Source of the DNA: the human T2T-CHM13v2.0 reference genome, Homo sapiens
Direction: 5' to 3' (one strand)
NCBI RefSeq assembly: GCF_009914755.1
Contig: NC_060940.1
DNA length: 64,000 bases
Shown here: positions 15,201 to 30,590 of the stretch, piece by piece
Layout: each line of letters starts with the position of its first letter
How positions within the stretch are numbered: position 1 is the first letter of the stretch
Program-made: the position numbers and the translations under genes
The notes under the pieces: model-generated
What the model saw: only the letters and a program-made list of their open reading frames with translations
Databases searched by the model: none
What the model was told of the DNA's origin: nothing

Positions 15201-18200
15201 CCATTCTATTCCTTTCGATGATGATTCCATTCGAGTCCATTCGATGATTCCATTCGAGTCCATTTAATGATTCCATTGGGTTCAATTCGATGATGATTAC
15301 ATTGGATTCCGTTCTATGATTCCATTCAATTCCGTTCATTGACAATTTGATTCCATTCGATGATGATTCCATTTGAGTTCATTCGATGATTCTATTCGAT
15401 TCTCTTCGATGGTGATTCAATTATATTATATTGGATGATGCCATTCGATTCCATTTGATGTTGATTCAATTCGATTCTATTCGATGATGATTCCATTGGA
15501 TTTCACTTGATGATTCTATTCGATTCCATTCAATGATGATTCACTTCTCGTCCATTGGATGGTTCCATTTCATTCCATTCGATGATGATTCCATTCGATT
15601 CCATTCGATGATTCCATTTGATTCCATTCGACGGTGACCAATTCGATTCAATTCCATGATGATTCTATTTGATTCAATTAGATGATGTTTCCATTCGAAT
15701 CCATTCCATGATTATTCCATTGGAATCCATTCGGCGATGATTCCATATGAGTCAATTCAATGATGATTCCATATGGGTCCGTTCGATGATAATTCCATTT
15801 GATTTCATTCGATGCTTCTATTCAATTCCAGTTGATGATGATTCCGTTGGAGTCCATACGATGATTCCATTTGATTTCATTTGATGATGATTCCATTCGA
15901 TTCCATTCGATGATGATTACATTGGATTCCATTCTATGATTCCATTCAATTCCATTCGTTGATGATTCGATTCCATTCAATGATGATTCCATTTGAGTTC
16001 ATTCGATGATTCTATTCGATTCCGTTCGATGGTGATTCAATTCTCTTATATTGGATGATTCCCCTCGATTCCATTTGATGATTATTCCATTGGAGTCCAC
16101 TTAGTGAATCCTTTAGATTCTACTCGAAGATGATTCCATTCGAGTCCATTCGATGGTACCATTCAATTCCATTCGTTGATGCTTCCATTCAAGTGCATTC
16201 GATGATATCATTCGATTCCATTTGATGATAATTCCATTTGATTCCATGCGATGATTCTATTCGATTCCATTCAATGATAATTCCATTCAATTCAGTGATT
16301 CCTCTGGACTCCATTTGATGATGATTCCATTCAATGATTCCATTCGATTCTATTCGAAAATGATTCCATTTGAATCCATTTGATGATGATTCCATTAGAT
16401 TCCATTTGATGATTCTATTCGATTCCATTCGACGATGATTCCATTCGATTCCATTTGATGATTCCATTCTATTCTATTCGATGATGATTCCATTCGATTC
16501 CATTCGATGATGATTGGATTCGATTCCATTTGATGATTTCATTTGATTCCATTCGATAATGATTTTGATCAATTCCATTCGATGATTCCATTCGATTCCA
16601 TTCGATAATGATTACATCCGAGTCCATTCGATGATTCCATTTGAGCCCGTTCGATAATTCCATTTGAGTCCAATCAATGATTGCATTCATTTCCATTCAA
16701 TGATTCCATTCGAGTCCATTTGATCATTCCGGTAGGGTCCGTTCGATGTTGATTCCATTGGAGTGCATTCGATGATTCCATTCGAGTCCAATTTATGATT
16801 TGGTTCGAGTCCTTTCGATGATTCCATTCGATTCCACTCGATGATGATTTCATTCGAGTCCATTCGACACTTCCAATCGATTCCATTTGATGTTTCCTTT
16901 CGAGTCCAATTGATGATTCCATTCAATTCCATTCGATGATGATTCCGTACGATTCCACTCTGTGATGATTCCAAGTGATTGCATTCAATGATGATTCCTT
17001 TCGATTGCATTCGATTATGATTCATTTCGTGTTCATTCTATGGTTCTACAGGTTTCCATTCGTGTCCATTCCATTATTCCATTCTATTCCATTTGATGAT
17101 GATTCCATTCGATTCCATTCATTGGTGATTCCACTCAATTCCATTCAATGATTCCATTCCATTTCTTTCAACAATGATTCCATTAGTTTCTAATCGATGA
17201 TCCACTTGGTTCCATTTGACGACGATTCCATTCTTGTCCATTCGATGATTCCATTTGATTCCATATGATGATGATTCCATTCGATTCCATACCATGATGA
17301 TTCCATTCGAGTCCATTCAATGGTGATTCCATTCAATTCCATTCGATGATTCCTTTCGATTCCATTCAATGATGATGGCATTCGATTCCTTTCAATCATT
17401 CCCTTTGATTCCATTCAAAGGTGATTTCATTCAAGTCCATTCGATAATTGCATTCGATTCCATTCTATGATGATTCCATTCGAGTCCATTTGATGATTCC
17501 ATTCAATTCAAGTCAATGATGATTCCATTCAATTCCATTCGATGATTCCATTGGATTCCATTCGATGATGATTCCATTCAAATCCATTCGATAATTCAAT
17601 TCAAGTCCATTCGATGATGATTCCAATCGAATCCATTCAAAGATTCCATTCTGTTCCATTCGATGATTCCCTTAGATTCCATTCGATGATTCCACTTGAT
17701 TGCATTTACGATGATTCCATTCGATTCCATGTGATGATTCCATTCAATTCTATTCAATGATGTCTCCATTTGATTCCATTCGACCATGATTGCCTTTGAT
17801 TCCATTCAATGATTCCATTCGGTTCCGTTTGATGATGATTCCGTTCGATTCCATTTGATGATTCCATTTGATTCCATTGGATGAGTCCATTCGATTACAT
17901 TCGATGATTATTCCATTCGAGTGCATTAGATGATTCCATTCGAGTCCATTCGATGATTCCATTCGATTCCATTCGATGTTGATTCTGTTCAAATCCATTC
18001 GATGATTCCACTCGATTCCATTCGTTGACTCCATTTGATCCCATTTGATGATTTCCTTTGATTCCCTTTGATGATCATTCCATTTGATTCAATTCGGTGA
18101 TTTCATTTGATTCCATTCAGTGATGTTTCCATTCGACTCCATTCGATGATGATTCCATTCGACTCCATTCGATTATGATTTCATTCAATTCCATTCGATA

Positions 18201-18356
18201 ATGATTCCCTTCGAGTCCATTCGATGATTCCATTCGATTCCATTCAACGATGATTTGATTCGTGTCCATTCGATGATTCCATTTGATTCCACTTGACGAT
18301 GATTCCATTCGAGTCCATTTGATGATTCCATTCAATTCCATACTCCGATGATTTCT
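12235..18356 (+). repeat. HOR copy 3 (6122 bp, subtype B)
   Basis: Extra decamer at 15890-15909; same B alleles as copy 2. Confidence 0.92.
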
Positions 18357-21300
18357 TTTGAGCCCACTCAATGCTTCCACTCGATTCCATATGATGATGA
18401 CTCCATTCGATGAAATTCGATGATGATTCCATTCGCTTGCTTTCGATGATGATTCCACTTGAGTCCGTTAGAAGATTCTATTCAATTACATTCCATGACG
18501 ATTCCGTTCGAGTCCATTTGATGATTCCATTAGACTCCATTCGACGATGATTCCATTCGATGTTATTCCATGATTCCATTCGATCTCATTCGATGATGAT
18601 TCCATTCAACTCCATTCGATGTTTCCATTCGAGTTCATTCTATTATTCCATTAGATTCCATTCGATGATGATTCCATTCGATTCCATTTGATGATTGCAT
18701 TCTATTTCATTTGATGATGATTCCATTCGAGTCCACTCGATGATTCCATTCGAGTCCATTTAATGAATCCATTGGTTTCAATTCTATGATGATTACATTG
18801 GATTACATTCGTTGATGATTTCATTCGGTTCCATTCAATGATGATTCCATTCAATTCCTTTCAATGTTTCCATTCAATTCCATACGATGATGATTCCATT
18901 TGATTTGATTCGACAGTGAGCCATTCGATTCAATTCCATGATGATTCTATTTGATTCAATTGGTTGACATTTCCATTCGATTCCATTCGATGATGATTCC
19001 CTTTGATTCCGTTCAAAGATGATTCCATTCTAGCCCATTCAATCATTCCATTCGATTCTATTCAATGATGATTCCATTCATGTCGATTTGGTGATTCCAT
19101 TTGACTTCATTTGATGATGATTCCTTTCAAGTTCATTAGATGATTCCATTCGATTCCATTTGATGATGATCCCATTCGAGTCCATTCAGTGATTCCATTC
19201 GTTTCCATTCCATGATGATTCCATTCCTTTCCATTCAATGATTCCATTCGATTCCGTTTGATGATGATTTCATTCGAGTCCATTTGATGATTCCATTTGA
19301 TTCCATTCGATGATGATTCCATTCGAGTCCATTCGATGATTCTATTCGAATCCATTTGATGATTTCTTTTGATTATTTTTGGTGATGATTCCATTGGAGT
19401 CCATTCAATGATTCCATTCTATTCCAATCGATGATGATTCCATTAGAGTCCATTTAATGATTCCATTTGATTCCAGTCTCTGATGATTACATTCGAGTCC
19501 ATACGATGATTCCACTCAATTCCATATGATGATGATTCCATTTGATTCCATTCGGTGATTCCATTCTATTCTATTCAATGGTGATTCCATTCGAGTACAT
19601 TAGATGATTCCATTCGATTCCATTCAATGATGATTCTATTTGTGTCCCTTAGATGATTCCACATGATTCCATTACATGATGATACTATTTGAGCCCATCC
19701 AATGATTCCCTTCGATTCCATTCGATGAGGATTCCATTCGATTCAATTCATTGGTGATTCTATTCAATTCAATTCTTTGATTCCATTCCATTCCATTCGA
19801 CAATGATTCCATTCGATTTCTTTCGATGATTCCACTCGATTCCACTTGACATTGATTCCATTCGATTCCATTCAATGATTCCATTTGATTCCAGTGGATG
19901 ATGATTGCCATCGATTCCATTCGATCACTCCATTCTATTCCATTTGATGATGATTACATTCGATTCCATTTGATGATTCCATCTGATTCTATTCGAGGAT
20001 TCCATTTGATTCCATTCGATGATGATTCCATTCGAGTCCATTTGATGATTTCATTCGAGTACATCCAATGATTCCATTCGAGTCCATTAGATGATTCCAT
20101 TTGATTCCATTTGAAAATGATTCTACTAGAGTCCATTCAATGACTCCATTCGAGTCCATTCAACAATTCCATTCGACTCCATTCGATGATTCCATTCGAT
20201 TCCATTTGATGGTTCCATTCGAGTCCATTTAATCATTACAGTCGAGTCCATTTGGTGATTCCAATGGATTTCTTTTGATAATGATACCATTCCATTACAT
20301 TTGATGATGATCCCATTCAATTTCATTTGATGATGATTCCATTAGAGTCCATTCGATGATTTCATTCGAGTCCCTTCATTGATTCCATCCGATTTCATTG
20401 GATGATGACTCCATTCGAGTCCATTCGATGATTCCACTCGATTCCATTAGATGACTCCATTGGAGTCCATTTGATTGTTCCATTCGATTCCATTCGATTC
20501 CTTTCGAAGATTATTCCATTTGAGTCCATTCGATGATGATTCCATTCCATTCCATTCGATGATTCCGTTTGATTCCATTCGATGATTCCCTTCGATTCCT
20601 TTCTTTGATGATTCCATTCCATTCCATTCAATGATTCCATTCGAATCTATTCCATGATGATTCCTTTCGATTCCATTCGCTGATGTTTCCGTTCAATTCC
20701 ATTCGATGATGATTCCATTCGATTCCATTCATTGAGGATTCCATTTGATTCCATTCAATGATGATTCCATTCTATTCCATTCAATGATTGCATTCAATTC
20801 CATTCAATGATTATCCCATTAGAGTAAACTCAACGATTCCATTCAATACCATTCAATGATGATTCCTTTTGAGTCCATTCAATGATTTCATTCAAGTCCA
20901 TTTGATGATTCCTTTCAATTCCATTCTATGATGATTCCATTCGAGTCCATTCGATGATTCCATTCGATTGCATTCGATGATTCCATTATATTCCATTCAA
21001 CGGTGATTCCATTCGAGTCCATTCCATGATTCCATTAGAGTACATTTAATGATTGCTTTGTTTTCAATTCGAAGATGATTACATTGGATTCCATTCTATG
21101 ATACCATTCGATTCCATTCAATGATGATTCCACTCAAATCCATTGGATGATTCCATTCGTGTCCATTCGGTGATTTCATTAGATTCCATTCGAGGATGAT
21201 TCCATTCGATTCCATTCGATGATTCCATTCAATTCCATTCGATGATGATTCCATTCCAGTCCATATGATCATTCCATTTGATTTCATTCGATGATGATTC

Positions 21301-24300
21301 CATTCAATTCGATTCGACGATTCCATTCTATTCCATTCGATGATGATTCCATTCGAGTCCATTCGATGATTCCATTCGAGTCCATTTAATGATTCCATTG
21401 GGTTCAATTCAATGATGATTACATTGGATTCCGTTCTATGATTCCATTCAATTCCGTTCATTGACAATTTGATTCCATTCGATGATGATTCCATTTGAGT
21501 TCATTCGATGAATCTATTCGATTCTCTTCGATGGTGATTCAATTCTATTATATTGGATGATTCCATTCGATTCCATTTGATGTTGATTCAATTCGATTCT
21601 ATTCGATGATGATTCCATTGGATTTCACTTGATGATTCTATTCGATTCCATTCAATGATGATTCACTTCTCGTCCATTGGATGATTCCATTTCATTCCAT
21701 TCGATGATGATTCCATTCGATTCCATTCGATGATTCCATTTGATTCCATGCGACGGTGAGCAATTCGATTCAATTCCATGATGATTCTATTTGATTCAAT
21801 TAGATGATGTTTCCATTCGAATCCATTCCATGATTATTCCATTGGAATCCATTCGGCGATGATTCCATATGAGTCAATTCAATGATGATTCCATATGGGT
21901 CCGTTCGATGATAATTCCATTTGATTTCATTCGATGCTTCTATTCTATTCCAGTCGATGATGATTCCGTTGGAGTCCATACGATGATTCCATTTGATTTC
22001 ATTTGATGATGATTCCATTCGATGATGATTACATTGGATTCCATTCTATGATTCCATTCAATTCCATTCGTTGATGATTCGATTCCATTCAATGATGATT
22101 CCATTTGAGTTCATTCGATGATTCTATTCGATTCCGTTCGATGGTGATTCAATTCTCTTATATTGGATGATTCCACTCGATTCCATTTGATGATTATTCC
22201 ATTGGAGTCCACTTAGTGAATCCTTTAGATTCTACTCGAAGATGATTCCATTCGAGTCCATTCGATGGTACCATTCAATTCCATTCGTTGATGCTTCCAT
22301 TCAAGTGCATTCGATGATATCATTCGATTCCATTTGATGATAATTCCATTTGATTCCATGCGATGATTCTATTCGATTCCATTCAATGATAATTCCATTC
22401 AATTCAGTGATTCCTCTGGACTCCATTTGATGATGATTCCATTCAATGATTCCATTCGATTCTATTCGAAAATGATTCCATTTGAATCCATTTGATGATG
22501 ATTCCATTAGATTCCATTTGATGATTCTATTCGATTCCATTCGACGATGATTCCATTCGATTCCATTTGATGATTCCATTCTATTCTATTCGATGATGAT
22601 TCCATTCGATTCCATTCGATGATGATTGGATTCGATTCCATTTGATGATTTCATTTGATTCCATTCGATAATGATTTTGATCAATTCCATTCGATGATTC
22701 CATTCGATTCCATTCGATAATGATTGCATCCGAGTCCATTCGATGATTCCATTTGAGCCCGTTCGATAATTCCATTTGAGTCCAATCAATGATTGCATTC
22801 ATTTCCATTCAATGATTCCATTCGAGTCCATTTGATCATTCCGGTAGGGTCCGTTCGATGTTGATTCCATTGGAGTGCATTCGATGATTCCATTCGAGTC
22901 CAATTTATGATTTGGTTCGAGTCCTTTCGATGATTCCATTCGATTCCACTCGATGATGATTTCATTCGAGTCCATTCGACACTTCCAATCGATTCCATTT
23001 GATGTTTCCTTTCGAGTCCAATTGATGATTCCATTCAATTCCATTCGATGATGATTCCGTACGATTCCACTCTGTGATGATTCCAAGTGATTGCATTCAA
23101 TGATGATTCCTTTCGATTGCATTCGATTATGATTCATTTCGTGTTCATTCTATGGTTCCACAGGTTTCCATTCGTGTCCATTCCATTATTCCATTCTATT
23201 CCATTTGATGATGATTCCATTCGATTCCATTCATTGGTGATTCCACTCAATTCCATTCAATGATTCCATTCCATTTCTTTCAACAATGATTCCATTAGTT
23301 TCTAATCGATGATCCACTTGATTCCATTTGACGACGATTCCATTCTTGTCCATTCGATGATTCCATTTGATTCCATATGATGATGATTCCATTCGATTCC
23401 ATACCATGATGATTCCATTCGAGTCCATTCAATGGTGATTCCATTCAATTCCATTCGATGATTCCTTTCGATTCCATTCAATGATGATGGCATTCGATTC
23501 CTTTCAATCATTCCCTTTGATTCCATTCAAAGGTGATTTCATTCAAGTCCATTCGATAATTGCATTCGATTCCATTCTATGATGATTCCATTCGAGTCCA
23601 TTTGATGATTCCATTCAATTCAAGTCAATGATGATTCCATTCAATTCCATTCGATGATTCCATTGGATTCCATTCGATGATGATTCCATTCAAATCCATT
23701 CGATAATTCAATTCAAGTCCATTCGATGATGATTCCAATCGAATCCATTCAAAGATTCCATTCTGTTCCATTCGATGATTCCCTTAGATTCCATTCGATG
23801 ATTCCACTTGATTGCATTTACGATGATTCCATTCGATTCCATGTGATGATTCCATTCAATTCTATTCAATGATGTCTCCATTTGATTCCATTCGACCATG
23901 ATTGCCTTTGATTCCATTCAATGATTCCATTCGGTTCCGTTTGATGATGATTCCGTTCGATTCCATTTGATGATTCCATTTGATTCCATTGGATGAGTCC
24001 ATTCGATTACACTCGATGATTATTCCATTCGAGTGCATTAGATGATTCCATTCGAGTCCATTCGATGATTCCATTCGATTCCATTCGATGTTGATTCTGT
24101 TCAAATCCATTCGATGATTCCACTCGATTCCATTCGTTGACTCCATTTGATCCCATTCGATGATTTCCTTTGATTCCCTTTGATGATCATTCCATTTGAT
24201 TCAATTCGGTGATTTCATTTGATTCCATTCAGTGATGTTTCCATTCGACTCCATTCGATGATGATTCCATTCGACTCCATTCGATTATGATTTCATTCAA

Positions 24301-24468
24301 TTCCATTCGATAATGATTCCCTTCGAGTCCATTCGATGATTCCATTCGATTCCATTCAACGATGATTTGATTCGTGTCCATTCGATGATTCCATTTGATT
24401 CCACTTGACGATGATTCCATTCGAGTCCATTTGATGATTCCATTCAATTCCATACTCCGATGATTTCT
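18357..24468 (+). repeat. HOR copy 4 (6112 bp, A/B hybrid)
   Basis: A alleles up to ~22020 (no extra decamer); B alleles from 22157 on (TTCTCTTATA, GGTACC at 22267, GAGCCCGTT). Confidence 0.9.
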
Positions 24469-27400
24469 TTTGAGCCCACTCAATGCTTCCACTCGATTCC
24501 ATATGATGATGACTCCATTCGATGAAATTCGATGATGATTCCATTCGCTTGCTTGCGATGATGATTCCACTTGAGTCCGTTAGAAGATTCTATTCAATTA
24601 CATTCCATGACGATTCCGTTCGAGTCCATTTGATGATTCCATTAGACTCCATTCGACGATGATTCCATTCGATGTTATTCCATGATTCCATTCGATCTCA
24701 TTCGATGATGATTCCATTCAACTCCATTCGATGTTTCCATTCGAGTTCATTCTATTATTCCATTAGATTCCATTCGATGATGATTCCATTCGATTCCATT
24801 TGATGATTGCATTCTATTTCATTTGATGATGATTCCATTCGAGTCCACTCGATGATTCCATTCGAGTCCATTTAATGAATCCATTGGTTTCAATTCTATG
24901 ATGATTACATTGGATTCCATTCGTTGATGAATTCATTCGGCTCCATTCAATGATGATTCCATTCAATTCCTTTCAATGTTTCCATTCAATTCCATACGAT
25001 GATGATTCCATTTGATTTGATTCGACAGTGAGCCATTCGATTCAATTCCATGATGATTCTATTTGATTCAATTGGTTGACATTTCCATTCGATTCCATTC
25101 GATGATGATTCCCTTTGATTCCGTTCAAAGATGATTCCATTCTAGCCCATTCAATCATTCCATTCGATTCTATTCAATGATGATTCCATTCATGTCGATT
25201 TGGTGATTCCATTTGACTTCATTTGATGATGATTCCTTTCAAGTTCATTAGATGATTCCATTCGATTCCATTTGATGATGATCCCATTCGAGTCCATTCA
25301 GTGATTCCATTCGTTTCCATTCCATGATGATTCCATTCCTTTCCATTCAATGATTCCATTCGATTCCGTTTGATGATGATTTCATTCGAGTCCATTTGAT
25401 GATTCCATTTGATTCCATTCGATGATGATTCCATTCGAGTCCATTCGATGATTCTATTCGAATCCATTTGATGATTTCTTTTGATTATATTTGGTGATGA
25501 TTCCATTGGAGTCCATTCAATGATTCCATTCGATTCCAATTGATGATGATTCCATTAGAGTCCATTTAATGATTCCATTTGATTCCAGTCTCTGATGATT
25601 ACATTCGAGTCCATACGATGATTCCACTCAATTCCATATGATGATGATTCCATTCGATTCCATTCGATGATTCCATTCTATTCTATTCAATGGTGATTCC
25701 ATTCGAGTACATTAGATGATTCCATTCGATTCCATTCAATGATGATTCTATTTGTGTCCCTTAGATGATTCCACATGATTCCATTAGATGATGATACTAT
25801 TTGAGCCCATCCAATGATTCCCTTCGATTCCATTCGATGAGGATTCCATTCGATTCAATTCATTGGTGATTCTATTCAATTCAATTCTTTGATTCCATTC
25901 CATTCCATTCGACAATGATTCCATTCGATTTCTTTCGATGATTCCACTCGATTCCACTTGACATTGATTCCATTCGATTCCATTCAATGATTCCATTTGA
26001 TTCCAGTGGATGATGATTGCCATCGATTCCATTCGATCACTCCATTCTATTCCATTTGATGATGATTACATTCGATTCCATTTGATGATTCCATCTGATT
26101 CTATTCGAGGATTCCATTTGATTCCATTCGATGATGATTCCATTCGAGTCCATTCGATGATTTCATTCGAGTACATCCAATGATTCCATTCGTGTCCATT
26201 TGATGATTCCATTTGTTTCCATTTGATTATGATTCTACTAGAGTCCATTCAATGACTCCATTCGAGTGCATTCAACAATTCCATTCGACTCCATTCGATG
26301 ATTGCATTCGATTCCATTTGATGATTCCATTCGAGTCCATTTAATCATTACAGTCGAGTCCATTTGGTGATTCCACTGGATTTCTTTTGATAATGATACC
26401 ATTCCATTACATTTGATGATGATCCCATTCAATTTCATTTGATGATGATTCCCTTAGAGTCCATTCGATGATTTCATTCGAGTCCTTTCATTGATTCCAT
26501 CCGATTTCATTTGATGATGACTCCATTCGAGTCCATTCGATGATTCCACTCGATTCCATTAGATGATTCCATTGGAGTCCATTTCATTGTTCCATTCGAT
26601 TCCATTCGATTCCTTTCGAAGATTATTCCATTTGAGTCCATTCGATGATGATTACATTCCATTCCATTCGATGATTCCATTTGATTCCATTTGATGATTC
26701 CCTTCGATTCCTTTCTTTGATGACTGCATTCCATTCCATTCAATGTTTCCATTCGAATCTATTCCATGATGATTCCTTTCGATTCCATTCGCTGATGTTT
26801 CCGTTCAATTCCATTCGATGATGATTCCATTCGATTCCATTCATTGAGGATTCCATTTGATTCCATTCAATGATGATTCCGTTCTATTCCATTCAATGAT
26901 TGCATTCAATTCCATTCAATGATTATCCCATTAGAGTAAACTCAACGATTCCATTCAATACCATTCGATGATGATTCCTTTTGAGTTCATTCAATGATTT
27001 CATTCAAGTCCATTTGATGATTCCTTTCAATTCCATTCTATGATGATTCCATTCGAGTCCATTCGATGATTCCATTCGATTGCATTCCATGATTCCATTA
27101 TATTCCATTCAACGGTGATTCCATTCGAGTCCATTCGATGATTCCATTAGAGTACATTTAATGATTGCTTTGTTTTCAATTCGAAGATGATTACATTCGA
27201 TTCCATTCTATGATACCATTCGATTCCATTCAATGATGATTCCACTCAAATCCATTGGATGATTCCATTCGTGTCCATTCGGTGATTTCATTAGATTCCA
27301 TTCGAGGATGATTCCTTTCGATTCCATTCGATGATTCCATTCAATTCCATTCGATGATGATTCCATTCGAGTCCATATGATCATTCCATTTGATTTCATT

Positions 27401-30400
27401 CGATGATGATTCCATTCGATTCCATTCGATGATTCCATTCTATTCCTTTCGATGATGATTCCATTCGAGTCCATTCGATGATTCCATTCGAGTCCATTTA
27501 ATGATTCCATTGGGTTCAATTCGATGATGATTACATTGGATTCCGTTCTATGATTCCATTCAATTCCGTTCATTGACAATTTGATTCCATTCGATGATGA
27601 TTCCATTTGAGTTCATTCGATGATTCTATTCGATTCTCTTCGATGGTGATTCAATTATATTATATTGGATGATGCCATTCGATTCCATTTGATGTTGATT
27701 CAATTCGATTCTATTCGATGATGATTCCATTGGATTTCACTTGATGATTCTATTCGATTCCATTCAATGATGATTCACTTCTCGTCCATTGGATGGTTCC
27801 ATTTCATTCCATTCGATGATGATTCCATTCGATTCCATTCGATGATTCCATTTGATTCCATTCGACGGTGACCAATTCGATTCAATTCCATGATGATTCT
27901 ATTTGATTCAATTAGATGATGTTTCCATTCGAATCCATTCCATGATTATTCCATTGGAATCCATTCGGCGATGATTCCATATGAGTCAATTCAATGATGA
28001 TTCCATATGGGTCCGTTCGATGATAATTCCATTTGATTTCATTCGATGCTTCTATTCAATTCCAGTTGATGATGATTCCGTTGGAGTCCATACGATGATT
28101 CCATTTGATTTCATTTGATGATGATTCCATTCGATTCCATTCGATGATGATTACATTGGATTCCATTCTATGATTCCATTCAATTCCATTCGTTGATGAT
28201 TCGATTCCATTCAATGATGATTCCATTTGAGTTCATTCGATGATTCTATTCGATTCCGTTCGATGGTGATTCAATTCTCTTATATTGGATGATTCCACTC
28301 GATTCCATTTGATGATTATTCCATTGGAGTCCACTTAGTGAATCCTTTAGATTCTACTCGAAGATGATTCCATTCGAGTCCATTCGATGGTACCATTCAA
28401 TTCCATTCGTTGATGCTTCCATTCAAGTGCATTCAATGATATCATTCGATTCCATTTGATGATAATTCCATTTGATTCCATGCGATGATTCTATTCGATT
28501 CCATTCAATGATAATTCCATTCAATTCAGTGATTCCTCTGGACTCCATTTGATGATGATTCCATTCAATGATTCCATTCGATTCTATTCGAAAATGATTC
28601 CATTTGAATCCATTTGATGATGATTCCATTAGATTCCATTTGATGATTCTATTCGATTCCATTCGACGATGATTCCATTCGATTCCATTTGATGATTCCA
28701 TTCTATTCTATTCGATGATGATTCCATTCGATTCCATTCGATGATGATTGGATTCGATTCCATTTGATGATTTCATTTGATTCCATTCGATAATGATTTT
28801 GATCAATTCCATTCGATGATTCCATTCGATTCCATTCGATAATGATTACATCCGAGTCCATTCGATGATTCCATTTGAGCCCGTTCGATAATTCCATTTG
28901 AGTCCAATCAATGATTGCATTCATTTCCATTCAATGATTCCATTCGAGTCCATTTGATCATTCCGGTAGGGTCCGTTCGATGTTGATTCCATTGGAGTGC
29001 ATTCGATGATTCCATTCGAGTCCAATTTATGATTTGGTTCGAGTCCTTTCGATGATTCCATTCGATTCCACTCGATGATGATTTCATTCGAGTCCATTCG
29101 ACACTTCCAATCGATTCCATTTGATGTTTCCTTTCGAGTCCAATTGATGATTCCATTCAATTCCATTCGATGATGATTCCGTACGATTCCACTCTGTGAT
29201 GATTCCAAGTGATTGCATTCAATGATGATTCCTTTCGATTGCATTCGATTATGATTCATTTCGTGTTCATTCTATGGTTCCACAGGTTTCCATTCGTGTC
29301 CATTCCATTATTCCATTCTATTCCATTTGATGATGATTCCATTCGATTCCATTCATTGGTGATTCCACTCAATTCCATTCAATGATTCCATTCCATTTCT
29401 TTCAACAATGATTCCATTAGTTTCTAATCGATGATCCACTTGGTTCCATTTGACGACGATTCCATTCTTGTCCATTCGATGATTCCATTTGATTCCATAT
29501 GATGATGATTCCATTCGATTCCATACCATGATGATTCCATTCGAGTCCATTCAATGGTGATTCCATTCAATTCCATTCGATGATTCCTTTCGATTCCATT
29601 CAATGATGATGGCATTCGATTCCTTTCAATCATTCCCTTTGATTCCATTCAAAGGTGATTTCATTCAAGTCCATTCGATAATTGCATTCGATTCCATTCT
29701 ATGATGATTCCATTCGAGTCCATTTGATGATTCCATTCAATTCAAGTCAATGATGATTCCATTCGATTCCATTCGATGATTCCATTGGATTCCATTCGAT
29801 GATGATTCCATTCAAATCCATTCGATAATTCAATTCAAGTCCATTCGATGATGATTCCAATCGAATCCATTCAAAGATTCCATTCTGTTCCATTCGATGA
29901 TTCCCTTAGATTCCATTCGATGATTCCACTTGATTGCATTTACGATGATTCCATTCGATTCCATGTGATGATTCCATTCAATTCTATTCAATGATGTCTC
30001 CATTTGATTCCATTCGACCATGATTGCCTTTGATTCCATTCAATGATTCCATTCGGTTCCGTTTGATGATGATTCCGTTCGATTCCATTTGATGATTCCA
30101 TTTGATTCCATTGGATGAGTCCATTCGATTACATTCGATGATTATTCCATTCGAGTGCATTAGATGATTCCATTCGAGTCCATTCGATGATTCCATTCGA
30201 TTCCATTCGATGTTGATTCTGTTCAAATCCATTCGATGATTCCACTCGATTCCATTCGTTGACTCCATTTGATCCCATTTGATGATTTCCTTTGATTCCC
30301 TTTGATGATCATTCCATTTGATTCAATTCGGTGATTTCATTTGATTCCATTCAGTGATGTTTCCATTCGACTCCATTCGATGATGATTCCATTCGACTCC

Positions 30401-30590
30401 ATTCGATTATGATTTCATTCAATTCCATTCGATAATGATTCCCTTCGAGTCCATTCGATGATTCCATTCGATTCCATTCAACGATGATTTGATTCGTGTC
30501 CATTCGATGATTCCATTTGATTCCACTTGACGATGATTCCATTCGAGTCCATTTGATGATTCCATTCAATTCCATACTCCGATGATTTCT
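24469..30590 (+). repeat. HOR copy 5 (6122 bp, subtype B)
   Basis: Extra decamer at 28124-28143; shares rare variants with copy 3. Confidence 0.92.
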
